DNA of 61,506 nt. Origin: Candidatus Subterrananammoxibius californiae (GTDB taxonomy: Bacteria; Planctomycetota; Brocadiia; Brocadiales; Subterrananammoxibiaceae). The stretch spans positions 14,707 to 76,212 of the forward strand of contig JAURAC010000014.1 of NCBI GenBank assembly GCA_030586555.1, given 5' to 3'. The notes beneath the pieces are model-generated. The model worked only from the letters and a program-made list of their open reading frames with translations. It searched no databases and was not told the origin of the DNA. Each line of letters starts with the position of its first letter. Position 1 is the stretch's first letter. Shown one piece after another: positions 18,448 through 27,598 of the stretch. A program made the translations under genes and the position numbers.

Positions 18448-19968
18448 ATGAAGATACTTTTCGTCTATCCTAATATTGATGCCCAGGTTGGATTCAACTA
18501 CGGGCTCGCCTTTATCTCTGCGGTGTTAAAACAGCACGGGCACATTACAAGATTATTAAATATCAACGAAAAGCTTACCGAAATCCCCGCCGATAGCCAG
18601 ATAAAACAATTTGTTGAGGATTATAACCCAGACCTTATAGGATTCTCCGTTGTTACACCCCAATATCAGCATGCCCTGAGATTCGCAAGGGCAATAAAAA
18701 GCTTTTTTAATGTTCCCATTGTGTGTGGCGGTGTTCATGCAACAATGGTTCCTGAGGAAGTACTGCAGGAAGAATGCTTTGATTACGTCTGTGTAGGTGA
18801 AGGGGAAGAGGCAATCCTCGAATTGGTAACGAAACTCGAAAATGGTGAAGATACCTCCAGAATTCCAAATATATGGACGAAAAGGGCTGGAAAGATTATT
18901 AAAAATAACGTTCGTCCCTTTACCGATATTGCAAGGTTGCCGAGGAAGGATTATGAACTCTTTGACCTTCAAAGATTGATTGATGTTGAAGACGGCTGGG
19001 TTCGCTTAATGGCATCAAGGGGCTGCCCTTATAGATGTACGTATTGTTTTAACCATAAGATTGTTGAACGATATAAGGAAGAAACAGCATCGCCCCGTAC
19101 GGGCGACCCGGCGGGTCGCCCCTACCTGAGACGGCACAGTGTTGATGAGGTGCTATCGGAGATAGATTTTCTTTTGAGCCGTTACAAAAATATCAGGATG
19201 TTTATCTTTGATGATGACCTTTTTACGCTGGATAAGCAATACTCGGCTATGTTTTGCGACAAATACCCCAAACATACGACATTACCATTTGTTGTCAATG
19301 CCCACGTAAAGGCATTTGATGAGGAAAGGGCTCGGGCTTTAAAACAGGCTAACTGTGCAATAGTGAAATTCGGACTTGAAAGCGGAAGCGAGCGAATCAG
19401 GCGTGAGATACTGAACCGTCCCATGAGCAACGATGAAATAATCAGGGCGTTTCAGTGTGCACAAAAATATGATTTGCACACATCGGCATTTGTAATGTTT
19501 GGATTGCCTCACGAAACAAAAGAAGACATAATGGAAACCATCAAGCTTCTGAGTATAATAAAGCCGGGCAGGTTTCGGTGGTCAATATTCTTTCCTTTTC
19601 CTGGGACTGCCGCCTACGAAATTAGCGCAAAGGGTGGCTATCTCAACCTTGAAAAGATGAAGCGGTTAAATAATTTTACGGATGACACATGCCTTGATTT
19701 TGGGCATGAGCATAATCTTTTTATCTCCAAGTTACAAAAAACCTTTCCGTGGTATGTAAATATGTATCAGGATGGTGCTGAGGATGACATTTATTCCGTA
19801 CTTGTCAGGTTAGTTGAAGAGCAGACCGCAGGGTCGTGGGAAAAATTTAAGGATTATATCCCCTCCCTCGACCAGGAACTCTCAAGGTGTCTATCCCTTG
19901 CTTCTAAAGAGCATTACAGGATTAAGTACAATTCCTTTACGGCTGTGAGGTCAGATTGGCGCCAGTAA
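18448..19968 (+). CDS. B12-binding domain radical SAM protein
   Basis: GGVHAT B12-domain motif; SRGCPYRCTYC (CX3CX2C); GLESG. Confidence 0.93.
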   Translation: MKILFVYPNIDAQVGFNYGLAFISAVLKQHGHITRLLNINEKLTEIPADSQIKQFVEDYNPDLIGFSVVTPQYQHALRFARAIKSFFNVPIVCGGVHATMVPEEVLQEECFDYVCVGEGEEAILELVTKLENGEDTSRIPNIWTKRAGKIIKNNVRPFTDIARLPRKDYELFDLQRLIDVEDGWVRLMASRGCPYRCTYCFNHKIVERYKEETASPRTGDPAGRPYLRRHSVDEVLSEIDFLLSRYKNIRMFIFDDDLFTLDKQYSAMFCDKYPKHTTLPFVVNAHVKAFDEERARALKQANCAIVKFGLESGSERIRREILNRPMSNDEIIRAFQCAQKYDLHTSAFVMFGLPHETKEDIMETIKLLSIIKPGRFRWSIFFPFPGTAAYEISAKGGYLNLEKMKRLNNFTDDTCLDFGHEHNLFISKLQKTFPWYVNMYQDGAEDDIYSVLVRLVEEQTAGSWEKFKDYIPSLDQELSRCLSLASKEHYRIKYNSFTAVRSDWRQ

Positions 19969-20066
19969 CTTACCTTTTTGAAAGAGGGTAAGCCAGAAGC
20001 TTTTAGCATATTTCAGGGAATGTGAGCTCTTTGGAATATGTTGGTTAAAGGAGGCGGCAAGGTGGC

Positions 20067-21146
20067 ATGGGCAAAATTAGAGCAGAAAAAATCATTATCA
20101 GGCCCCCCAACTGGGTAGGCGATGTCGTCATGGCTACACCTGCCTTCAGGTGCATACGTGAAAACTACCCACATGCCAAAATATCTATACTCCTCATGCC
20201 ACACGTACGAAAAATTCTCCAGGGTGCGCCATGGTTTGACGAATTAATCGAATATTCCCCTGGAGGTCTTATAAAAGGACATTTTGGGCGTCCCCGCTTT
20301 GAGGGTACTCGGCTTATTCGTCTGCTCAGAAACAAAAAATTTGACCTCGGAATTATATTCCCAAATTCATTTAGTTCAGCCTTAATGATGCTCATGTCGG
20401 GTGTTAAAAGACGTGTGGGCTATAAGCGTGATGCTCGTTCATGGCTTCTTACCGATGATATTAAGAGGCTGCAGGAAAATGGCAAATTTCAGCCTACTTA
20501 TATGGCTGACTACTACCTACGCTTGTGTACATGCATTGGATGTCAACCACAATCGAGGGAATTAGAACTTTTTGTTTCCGATAATGACTTTAGAAGGGCT
20601 GAAGAGCTCTTCTTTGAGCATCATATTACAACTGATAAACCCATATTCCTTATAAACCCGGGGGCGTCTTATGGGTCTTCAAAATGCTGGAGCGTAGAAG
20701 GATTTGCTACGGTGGTAGATTTACTTAAAGAACGATATGACTGCAATGTCCTCGTTGTTTGCGGTCCAGGAGAAGCTGAACTTGGCAACAAAATCAGATG
20801 TACAGCCAAAAAAGAAGTTATCAACTTAACACATGAGGCGGTTCCTTTAGACGTCCTCAAAGCGCTTGTCAAGAGATGTTCATTATTGATAACGGTTGAC
20901 TCTGGACCGCGTCACTACGCAGTGGCATTTAAAAAACCCGTTGTCACACTTATGGGACCAACCGACCCGCGATATACTGAAACCAGTTATGAGATTGGTC
21001 ACGTCATAAGAAGAGAAGATGTACCATGCTCCCCATGCCATCTCAAGATTTGCCCAACAGACCACCGTTGTATGAATCAGATTACTCCGGAAATGGTGTT
21101 TTCGGCATGTAAGGAACTTATCGAGCAGCACCGTATTATTACCTGA
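20067..21146 (+). CDS. waaF: LPS heptosyltransferase II (GT9)
   Basis: PNWVGDVVM, NPGASYGSSKCW, DSGPRH. Confidence 0.9.
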   Translation: MGKIRAEKIIIRPPNWVGDVVMATPAFRCIRENYPHAKISILLMPHVRKILQGAPWFDELIEYSPGGLIKGHFGRPRFEGTRLIRLLRNKKFDLGIIFPNSFSSALMMLMSGVKRRVGYKRDARSWLLTDDIKRLQENGKFQPTYMADYYLRLCTCIGCQPQSRELELFVSDNDFRRAEELFFEHHITTDKPIFLINPGASYGSSKCWSVEGFATVVDLLKERYDCNVLVVCGPGEAELGNKIRCTAKKEVINLTHEAVPLDVLKALVKRCSLLITVDSGPRHYAVAFKKPVVTLMGPTDPRYTETSYEIGHVIRREDVPCSPCHLKICPTDHRCMNQITPEMVFSACKELIEQHRIIT

Positions 21147-21373
21147 TTTCCTACGTATTTAGCATTCACTCGAGGAACACACAAACCTGTATGCAAATTG
21201 TTCAATTGAAAGGCTATTACACTCCCACACTCCCAATCATTACAATAAGATTAAGTGGCAATAGGTTTGTAGATGTAAGGCAGGGTTATATTACTGCAGA
21301 TAATAAACCTGTCTGCGTACCTGATTGTGAGAAATGCTCAGGCAGGTATGGATGAACTTATTACTAAGGATAC

Positions 21374-21691
21374 TCAGGCGTGCCTGGATTTTATTCTTTT
21401 AAGCACCTGTTTCACCCACTTGCCATCATCAGTTCTTTCGTAAAGGACAACCTCATCTTTATCTTTGTGTGTTTCAAGATATGCCTCTATAACGTCAAGG
21501 TCTGTCCCTTTAAGATTGAGTATGTAAGTGGGAATACCTTCGATATTCTTGAAATCAACGGTGTCGTATTTTTCCAGCTTCTTGTCGAGTTCCTTAAATG
21601 ATTTGTCTTGAATAGAATCGGCACAGACACAAGCAGAACTAACTACGAAAAAGAAAGCCATTACAAGCGTGATACATTTTTTCATATTCAC
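21374..21691 (-). CDS. Small exported hypothetical protein
   Basis: GGAGG RBS, signal peptide, upstream sigma-54 motif. Confidence 0.75.
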   Translation of the reverse strand: MNMKKCITLVMAFFFVVSSACVCADSIQDKSFKELDKKLEKYDTVDFKNIEGIPTYILNLKGTDLDVIEAYLETHKDKDEVVLYERTDDGKWVKQVLKRIKSRHA

Positions 21692-21724
21692 TTACCTCCA
21701 AAAACGGTGTTATTAATTTATCAA

Positions 21725-21740
21725 AGCAAATAATGTGCCA
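21725..21740 (-). promoter_or_regulatory. Sigma-54 promoter
   Basis: Minus strand TGGCACATTATTTGCT, near-consensus -24/-12. Confidence 0.75.
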
Positions 21741-21967
21741 TATTCCCTCCTTTTATAATAATTATCGGTATTAATTAAAAAATAATTAATTTATATTAAC
21801 AAATTTGATAGGAATTTTCAACAAGAATTTTTTGGCAGTGTAATTTTCCGCCAGACCTGGGCAAGGCGGTGGCATATTTTTTAAATGTTTCGTAAAAAGC
21901 ACGTCTCACAAATGTGCCTTTGAAAAGGTCGTAAAAAGCAAGTCCCGACCCCATTGCTTTTTCCTCC

Positions 21968-21996
21968 TTGACATCGCATAAACAGACGTTTATATT
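21968..21996 (+). promoter_or_regulatory. Sigma-70-type promoter
   Basis: TTGACA-N17-TATATT upstream of the 22046 operon. Confidence 0.6.
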
Positions 21997-22045
21997 GAGT
22001 CTGATATAAAATGTTAAATCCGTCTTTTTAATAAGGAATATAGAA

Positions 22046-22822
22046 GTGAATAAGTTCGCCTCAGCGAATCTGCCTATGGCACGACTTGACCTCTCAAGCA
22101 TAAATGAGTATGTCAGAAAAAAGGTTGAACCGTTTTTAAATGAAATACTATCCACTCATGGAAGAACTGTTTCTTCATTTTATATTGTAGGAAGCGCTGT
22201 AACGAAGGATTTTAATCCCATGCTCTCTGATATTAATACACTAATAGTTTTAAATGAAACGAATCCAGAAATCTTTGACTTCTTCGCATTAAGGGGCAAG
22301 CGGTTTGGAAGGAGAAGGATTAGGGCTCCTTTGGTTATGACACGAAGTTATATCGAGCATTCCTTAGAGGTATTCCCTATTGAATTTTTAGAAATGCAAC
22401 TGATTAATAAATTGGTCTATGGCGAGGATATTTTGAAGGGGTTGAGGTTTGAGAAAACCGATTTGCGTCTTCAATGCGAGAGGGAATTAAAAAGCAGGCT
22501 TCAAACAATTTGCCAGGGATATATGAAATGCCTTGGCAGTAAATATGTTTTAAGAAACTTCTTTGTGGGACTATTTTCTGGTTTTATACCTGTCTTCAGA
22601 GCAATACTTTACTTATATAATAAGGAGTTACCCAAAGATACCCTTGGTGTATTAGAAGAACTGGAACAAACTACAGGAATAAGTACCCAGTTGTTTAAAG
22701 AACTTTACAAGATAAAGAATCAAAACCTGGGACTGGGATTGTCGGAATTGAAAAAGATATTTTATGATCTGGTGAATTTCTTTGATAAGGTATCTATAAA
22801 GATTGATGAATTTAAGGCTTAA
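22046..22822 (+). CDS. Nucleotidyltransferase-fold protein associated with TPM/LemA
   Basis: GSA...SDIN pol-beta-like motif; VFPIEF; LRLQCERELK. Confidence 0.75.
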   Translation: MNKFASANLPMARLDLSSINEYVRKKVEPFLNEILSTHGRTVSSFYIVGSAVTKDFNPMLSDINTLIVLNETNPEIFDFFALRGKRFGRRRIRAPLVMTRSYIEHSLEVFPIEFLEMQLINKLVYGEDILKGLRFEKTDLRLQCERELKSRLQTICQGYMKCLGSKYVLRNFFVGLFSGFIPVFRAILYLYNKELPKDTLGVLEELEQTTGISTQLFKELYKIKNQNLGLGLSELKKIFYDLVNFFDKVSIKIDEFKA

Positions 22823-23600
22823 ACCCTACATATGGTTTTTGCTTTTTGTGGTGGGGTGGCATGGACAAACTTGTTTGTCCGTGGCACAGCAGGACATTCC
22901 CGTTCCCACCCAATATATTGAAGATAAAGTGGGCATTATTGATAATGCAATAAAAGAGAGGCTCAATGCGTATCTCGAGGAACTGGAACAAAAGACTGGG
23001 ACACAGGTAATAGTCCTTACTGTAAATTCAACCGAGGGCATGCCCATTGAACGATTTGCACTTAATCTGGCATCAAAATGGCAATTAGGTCAAAAGGGTA
23101 AGGATAACGGTCTCCTTATTGTTATTGCAAAAGAGGACAGGGCATATAGGTTTGAGGTTGGTTATGGATTGGAATCAATCCTGCCAGACAGTCTTTTCGG
23201 GACTATAGGAAGAGAACTCCTTGTCCCAAACTTCAGAAAGGATGATTATGGAAAAGGCATCTTTGAAGCAACCGTAGCAATAATTAGCACAATTGCAAAA
23301 GAGAATAGGATTGAAATTACAGGAATACCAAAGATAACCTACACAGAAAGGGGTCCGAGTAACGCATCATTTTTAGTATTCCTGTATCTGCTATTTGTCA
23401 TAATTATTATTTTTTACATCTTTCTTCAACGCAGGTATTATACAGGACGGTACTGGTGGGTTGGTCCCAGTATATTCTATGGCGATAGCAGTTTGGGTTC
23501 CTTTAACCGTCCGGGTGGGTTTGGAGGCGGCGGCTTCGGTGGTTTCGGTGGAGGTGGTGGGGGTTCTTTTGGTGGAGGAGGGGCCTCAGGGCGCTGGTAA
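22803..23600 (+). CDS. TPM-domain (YgcG-like) protein
   Basis: LGQKGKDNGLL, EVGYGLE, TM helix and Gly-rich tail GGGSFGGGGASGRW. Confidence 0.92.
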   Translation: MMNLRLKPYIWFLLFVVGWHGQTCLSVAQQDIPVPTQYIEDKVGIIDNAIKERLNAYLEELEQKTGTQVIVLTVNSTEGMPIERFALNLASKWQLGQKGKDNGLLIVIAKEDRAYRFEVGYGLESILPDSLFGTIGRELLVPNFRKDDYGKGIFEATVAIISTIAKENRIEITGIPKITYTERGPSNASFLVFLYLLFVIIIIFYIFLQRRYYTGRYWWVGPSIFYGDSSLGSFNRPGGFGGGGFGGFGGGGGGSFGGGGASGRW

Positions 23601-23612
23601 GGAAATAATATT

Positions 23613-24176
23613 ATGAGAAAAATAATTTTACCCGTAATCATAATAGTTATTGTGGGATTCTTCTTCGGTAAATGGTACATTAGCGAATATAACAGGGTGA
23701 TTACGCTTCAAGAAAATGTTAAAGCCGCATGGGCACAGGTTGATAGCCAGTTGAAAAGAAGATATGACCTGATACCGAACCTTGTTGAGACTGTCAAGGG
23801 CTACGCAAGTCATGAGAAGGAAATCTTTACTGCCATTGCCAGGTCCAGAGAGGCATACGTAGGGGCAAAGACTGTGAAAGAGAAAATAGATGCCACGAAG
23901 GAGTTAGAGCCCGTGCTGGCGAGGCTTTTAGCCTTTACCGAGGCATACCCAGAACTCAAGGCAAACGAATCCTTCCTTAAGCTTCAGGATAGTCTCGAGG
24001 GTACGGAAAACAGGATTTCCGTGGAAAGAATGAGATACAACGAAGCCGTCAGAACGCTCAATACATATATAAAGACCTTCTTTGGTAGTTTTTTTGCCAC
24101 ACGGGCTGGCGTAACGATGGCAGAATATTTTGAAGTCCCTGAAAAGGAAACTGCTATACCGAAGGTTCAATTTTAA
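23613..24176 (+). CDS. lemA: LemA family protein
   Basis: QLKRRYDLIPNLVETVKGYA, YPELKAN, TENRI. Confidence 0.95.
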   Translation: MRKIILPVIIIVIVGFFFGKWYISEYNRVITLQENVKAAWAQVDSQLKRRYDLIPNLVETVKGYASHEKEIFTAIARSREAYVGAKTVKEKIDATKELEPVLARLLAFTEAYPELKANESFLKLQDSLEGTENRISVERMRYNEAVRTLNTYIKTFFGSFFATRAGVTMAEYFEVPEKETAIPKVQF

Positions 24177-24352
24177 TCCTCAAAAAGACCGCATTTTCTT
24201 TTTGTATCGCTTTTTACCATTTAAACTCAATTGAACTAATGCCCATTTCCAATTGTCTTGCATCTTGTCCCATCTCGTGTTTTGCAGGAAAACCTGTGAA
24301 GTCGTAAACTTGCTTTTCACGGGTCTACCCCTACGACTGCTCGTTGCTTTTA

Positions 24353-27076
24353 TTATTCACACTCAAAATTCACACCATTTACATGCCCACCGACTGCGAT
24401 TGCCCTCGTTTGGCGAAGAGCAGTACAAGTCTTACAACATTTTAAAATTATTTTGTATGTGCCATCCGTAAGGTTTATAAACCAATAACAGCCGTTAACG
24501 TCTGTTATTACTGTATTGACCAGCGTAGTTCCCATCTTTAACTTTACTTTTTTATTTGCAAGCGGGTTGCCTGCAAGGTCAGTCACACGACCAGATATAC
24601 AGCCCGTTGGAGACGTACTATCTGCTGGACATTGGCATAATAGGGTTGTGGTTGTAGTGGATGTAGTCGTGATAGTAGCAGTACTCGTAGGCGGTTTCGT
24701 AGGAATGGTAATAACGATAGTAGTGGTGGTTGTAGTGGTTGTTGTTGTGCCTTCTGTCCCTTCAAAAATCACATCTTCGGCTGGGATGGTATTGCGGTTA
24801 AATTCAAAATAGGGTGGGTTAAAGGTATAGCCCGCCTTGCTTGGCGTCACACGATAGGTCGTTCCAGGATAAATACAACCTGCCCACCACCACCATCTGC
24901 CCGTATCACCTAAAAACATTCCACTTGTCGAAGGTTCTGGTCCAGGACCTGAGACCTTGGAAAATGCCATCCAGACATCGGGAATAGGTGTCCCGGGGGG
25001 GGAAATGGGGTCTGGGGGGTCAATAGGAGGCCAGGGGTCATCATCTATCAGTTTAGGAAGAATGGAACTACCGCTCTCTATTACCCAGCCCCTTAAGTTG
25101 TTGACGGGGGGTCTGAAGAGCCATATAGGATTGGTATAAACCCTGCAATACGGATAATAAGGCGAGTGCTCTGGACGTTCAGTAGTAACTGCTTCAATCC
25201 TGTAATAATAATTCTTACATTGGTCTACAGTTGAATCTGTATATTCAAAGCTGCCAGATAGTCCAGCATTTGAAATGGCGGTGCAATCGTTGGAAGAAGT
25301 GCATTCGTTCCCATTTAGTCCACCATCAACATGACAATATGCACAGGTGGCAAGCCGCTGTATAGTTGTAGCAGCTTCTTCTCCACCCTCTCCACGAATT
25401 ATATCAATATATCTAATGCGTCCAAGCTCTTCTGTTGATTTCCATTGTATCAAGAATGTTGGATTTTCTCCCTCGGCGCGTTGGGCTTCTTCACCAATTA
25501 TGATATCTATTCCATCATTTATATCGCCGTCTCTATTTTTATCAATCCCAAATATTACCACTGGACCATCTGTTATAATGGAATTTCCAGCTTTGAGGGC
25601 GGCAAGAACGTTATTTTTTGTGTTCCCGCCGGGGCAGTAAACGTATGTCCTGACCTTGCCAAATGCACTGTTATTTTGTGTAGCATCATTATCGCCAATA
25701 GTTTCCCATGATGCATTAACTTCATAATTGAAATGTCCGTGGGCATCCGAGCCGCCTATCATCAACACTTTTCTAAATCCAATAGTATTATAACCCCAGT
25801 AAGTATATCGTAAATTTAATTCATCCCATTTCTCCACTCCTTTAAGAAGTTCGTCAGCCCAATTCGGATTATAAGCCATACTACCGCCGTCTGGGTGAGG
25901 GTCCCCGGGTAAAGGTGGGGCTGGAATTTCGTCAGGATAACTACCACCAAGCGTTATCTTGCGTATAGTATTTCTCGTGTTCCAGAACTGAAAACCGATG
26001 AATGTATCCTCTAACGCATCTATATTTAAAGCCGCAGAATAATCGCTTTCGTGCCACGGCATCCATAAATGAGTAAACAATTCTGTAATTCCACTACAAC
26101 TTTCGGTATAACCGTTAAAGGGGTGGGCGCCAAAGGCAAAACCACCGGTATCAGTATCAATATTATGAAGCACACCGCTAAGACTTATGCAATGCTCGTC
26201 GCAAAAAAAAGGTGTATGAATATGCTCATCCCCGACAACGTACTTACTCATACCAAATACCAATAGATGCAGTGAGCAATCCTCATTATCCTCTGTTCTT
26301 GGCGAAACCTCCTCCCCAAGAATCATGTTGAAGCCAAAGTCTGCACGGATGTTATTAACCGCTTGAACATACTCATCCCACGTCCCATCGTCAAGATAAT
26401 ATGCATGGTCGGTTACACACGTCCAGTCAAGTCCCATAGCCCTTGCCGCATAGACAGTCCCCTTCAGACTCCCACCAAATTCTGTTACTTCGTCCGGGTT
26501 CGAATCCCAATTAGAGTAATGAATATCCCCACTATACTCCGAATGATAGTGGGTGTCCCCACCGTACCAATTAGGGAGACTCGGTAAGCTACTTCCCACC
26601 CATACCCTTAGATATTGGGTAAATGTGTCATTTGACCAGTAATAATAACTACTATTATACCAACTATAATTAAAAACCACCTTGATATTAACATTGTTAT
26701 TTTCCTTAATGAAGTCTGATGCTCTAAGGCTATTATACACCCTTTCCCAATATGCTCCCGGATATACCCCATCCACAGAGTTATCTATTTTAATCCGATT
26801 TCCAGCATTTACATCATCTATATAAATGCTTTTCAATATAACAGGGCTATAACTTTTTCCTGTCCAAATAAATGCATCCTTTACAACCACCTCGATAGGT
26901 ATTATGGCTGTGGAACTTGACACCCGCCAGGGAGCATCCGCCAGTATCTCCATCTTCCCTCTCTCAGTGTAGTAACGCGGTTGTTCTTCCGCCATTGAAA
27001 TGGAGGTAATCATAATAGCCGATAATAAAAGCAGTGTTTCTATAAGAATTATCTTAAAAAGTTTTTTAGAGCGCAT
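24353..27076 (-). CDS. Secreted PHP-like (CehA/McbA-type) metallohydrolase with CxxCH, Thr-rich linker and C-terminal carboxypeptidase-regulatory-like domain
   Basis: GDTHYHS, VTDH, GEEV, AHP, GGSDAH PHP motifs; CAYCH; poly-Thr; ISGRVTD..G.PL domain. Confidence 0.8.
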   Translation of the reverse strand: MRSKKLFKIILIETLLLLSAIMITSISMAEEQPRYYTERGKMEILADAPWRVSSSTAIIPIEVVVKDAFIWTGKSYSPVILKSIYIDDVNAGNRIKIDNSVDGVYPGAYWERVYNSLRASDFIKENNNVNIKVVFNYSWYNSSYYYWSNDTFTQYLRVWVGSSLPSLPNWYGGDTHYHSEYSGDIHYSNWDSNPDEVTEFGGSLKGTVYAARAMGLDWTCVTDHAYYLDDGTWDEYVQAVNNIRADFGFNMILGEEVSPRTEDNEDCSLHLLVFGMSKYVVGDEHIHTPFFCDEHCISLSGVLHNIDTDTGGFAFGAHPFNGYTESCSGITELFTHLWMPWHESDYSAALNIDALEDTFIGFQFWNTRNTIRKITLGGSYPDEIPAPPLPGDPHPDGGSMAYNPNWADELLKGVEKWDELNLRYTYWGYNTIGFRKVLMIGGSDAHGHFNYEVNASWETIGDNDATQNNSAFGKVRTYVYCPGGNTKNNVLAALKAGNSIITDGPVVIFGIDKNRDGDINDGIDIIIGEEAQRAEGENPTFLIQWKSTEELGRIRYIDIIRGEGGEEAATTIQRLATCAYCHVDGGLNGNECTSSNDCTAISNAGLSGSFEYTDSTVDQCKNYYYRIEAVTTERPEHSPYYPYCRVYTNPIWLFRPPVNNLRGWVIESGSSILPKLIDDDPWPPIDPPDPISPPGTPIPDVWMAFSKVSGPGPEPSTSGMFLGDTGRWWWWAGCIYPGTTYRVTPSKAGYTFNPPYFEFNRNTIPAEDVIFEGTEGTTTTTTTTTTIVITIPTKPPTSTATITTTSTTTTTLLCQCPADSTSPTGCISGRVTDLAGNPLANKKVKLKMGTTLVNTVITDVNGCYWFINLTDGTYKIILKCCKTCTALRQTRAIAVGGHVNGVNFECE

Positions 27077-27514
27077 AATCGTATATAAATCCTCCTTTTG
27101 GAAAATTTACAGATTCCGCGTATATATTAGCTTCCTTAACCCTTTCCCCCTCGAGGGAGAGGTGTGGATAATGTGGCTTGGTATAATCAGGAATAATTCG
27201 TGTGATGCATGCACGACAAACACACCCCTTTGTCCCCTCTTAATAGAGGGGATGGGGGTGTGTATTTGTAGCGACTTGGTTAACACAGTCAAGAAATGAA
27301 AAACATAAGACCTGTTCTTGAGAGAGAGAGAATATTTTGATATGTACATCACCAACTAACCTCCCCTTTTTAAATCGGGATATTGGCAGGTCGTGCCAGA
27401 GGCATCTGCCAGAGAACGACCCTGAAGCCTCCCGCAGACCCGCCTTAGGCGGGATTTGCCAAGGCAAAGGTACAATCCACCTCCAGGTGGATTGTACCCC
27501 TACATTGTGGGTGA

Positions 27515-27542
27515 ATTATACGGTAGGTTTTACATTTGTCAA
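27515..27542 (-). promoter_or_regulatory. Sigma-70-type promoter
   Basis: Minus strand TTGACA-N16-TATAAT, ~430 nt upstream of the 27076 start. Confidence 0.65.
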
Positions 27543-27598
27543 GGTTTTTTTCGCATCACGACATGTCGTCATGACGTGTCAATTGGGATGTGGCTAAT

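Noticed and set aside
24640..24750. Repeat element in the PHP gene
   Set aside because: Ordinary Thr-rich linker coding with mixed codons
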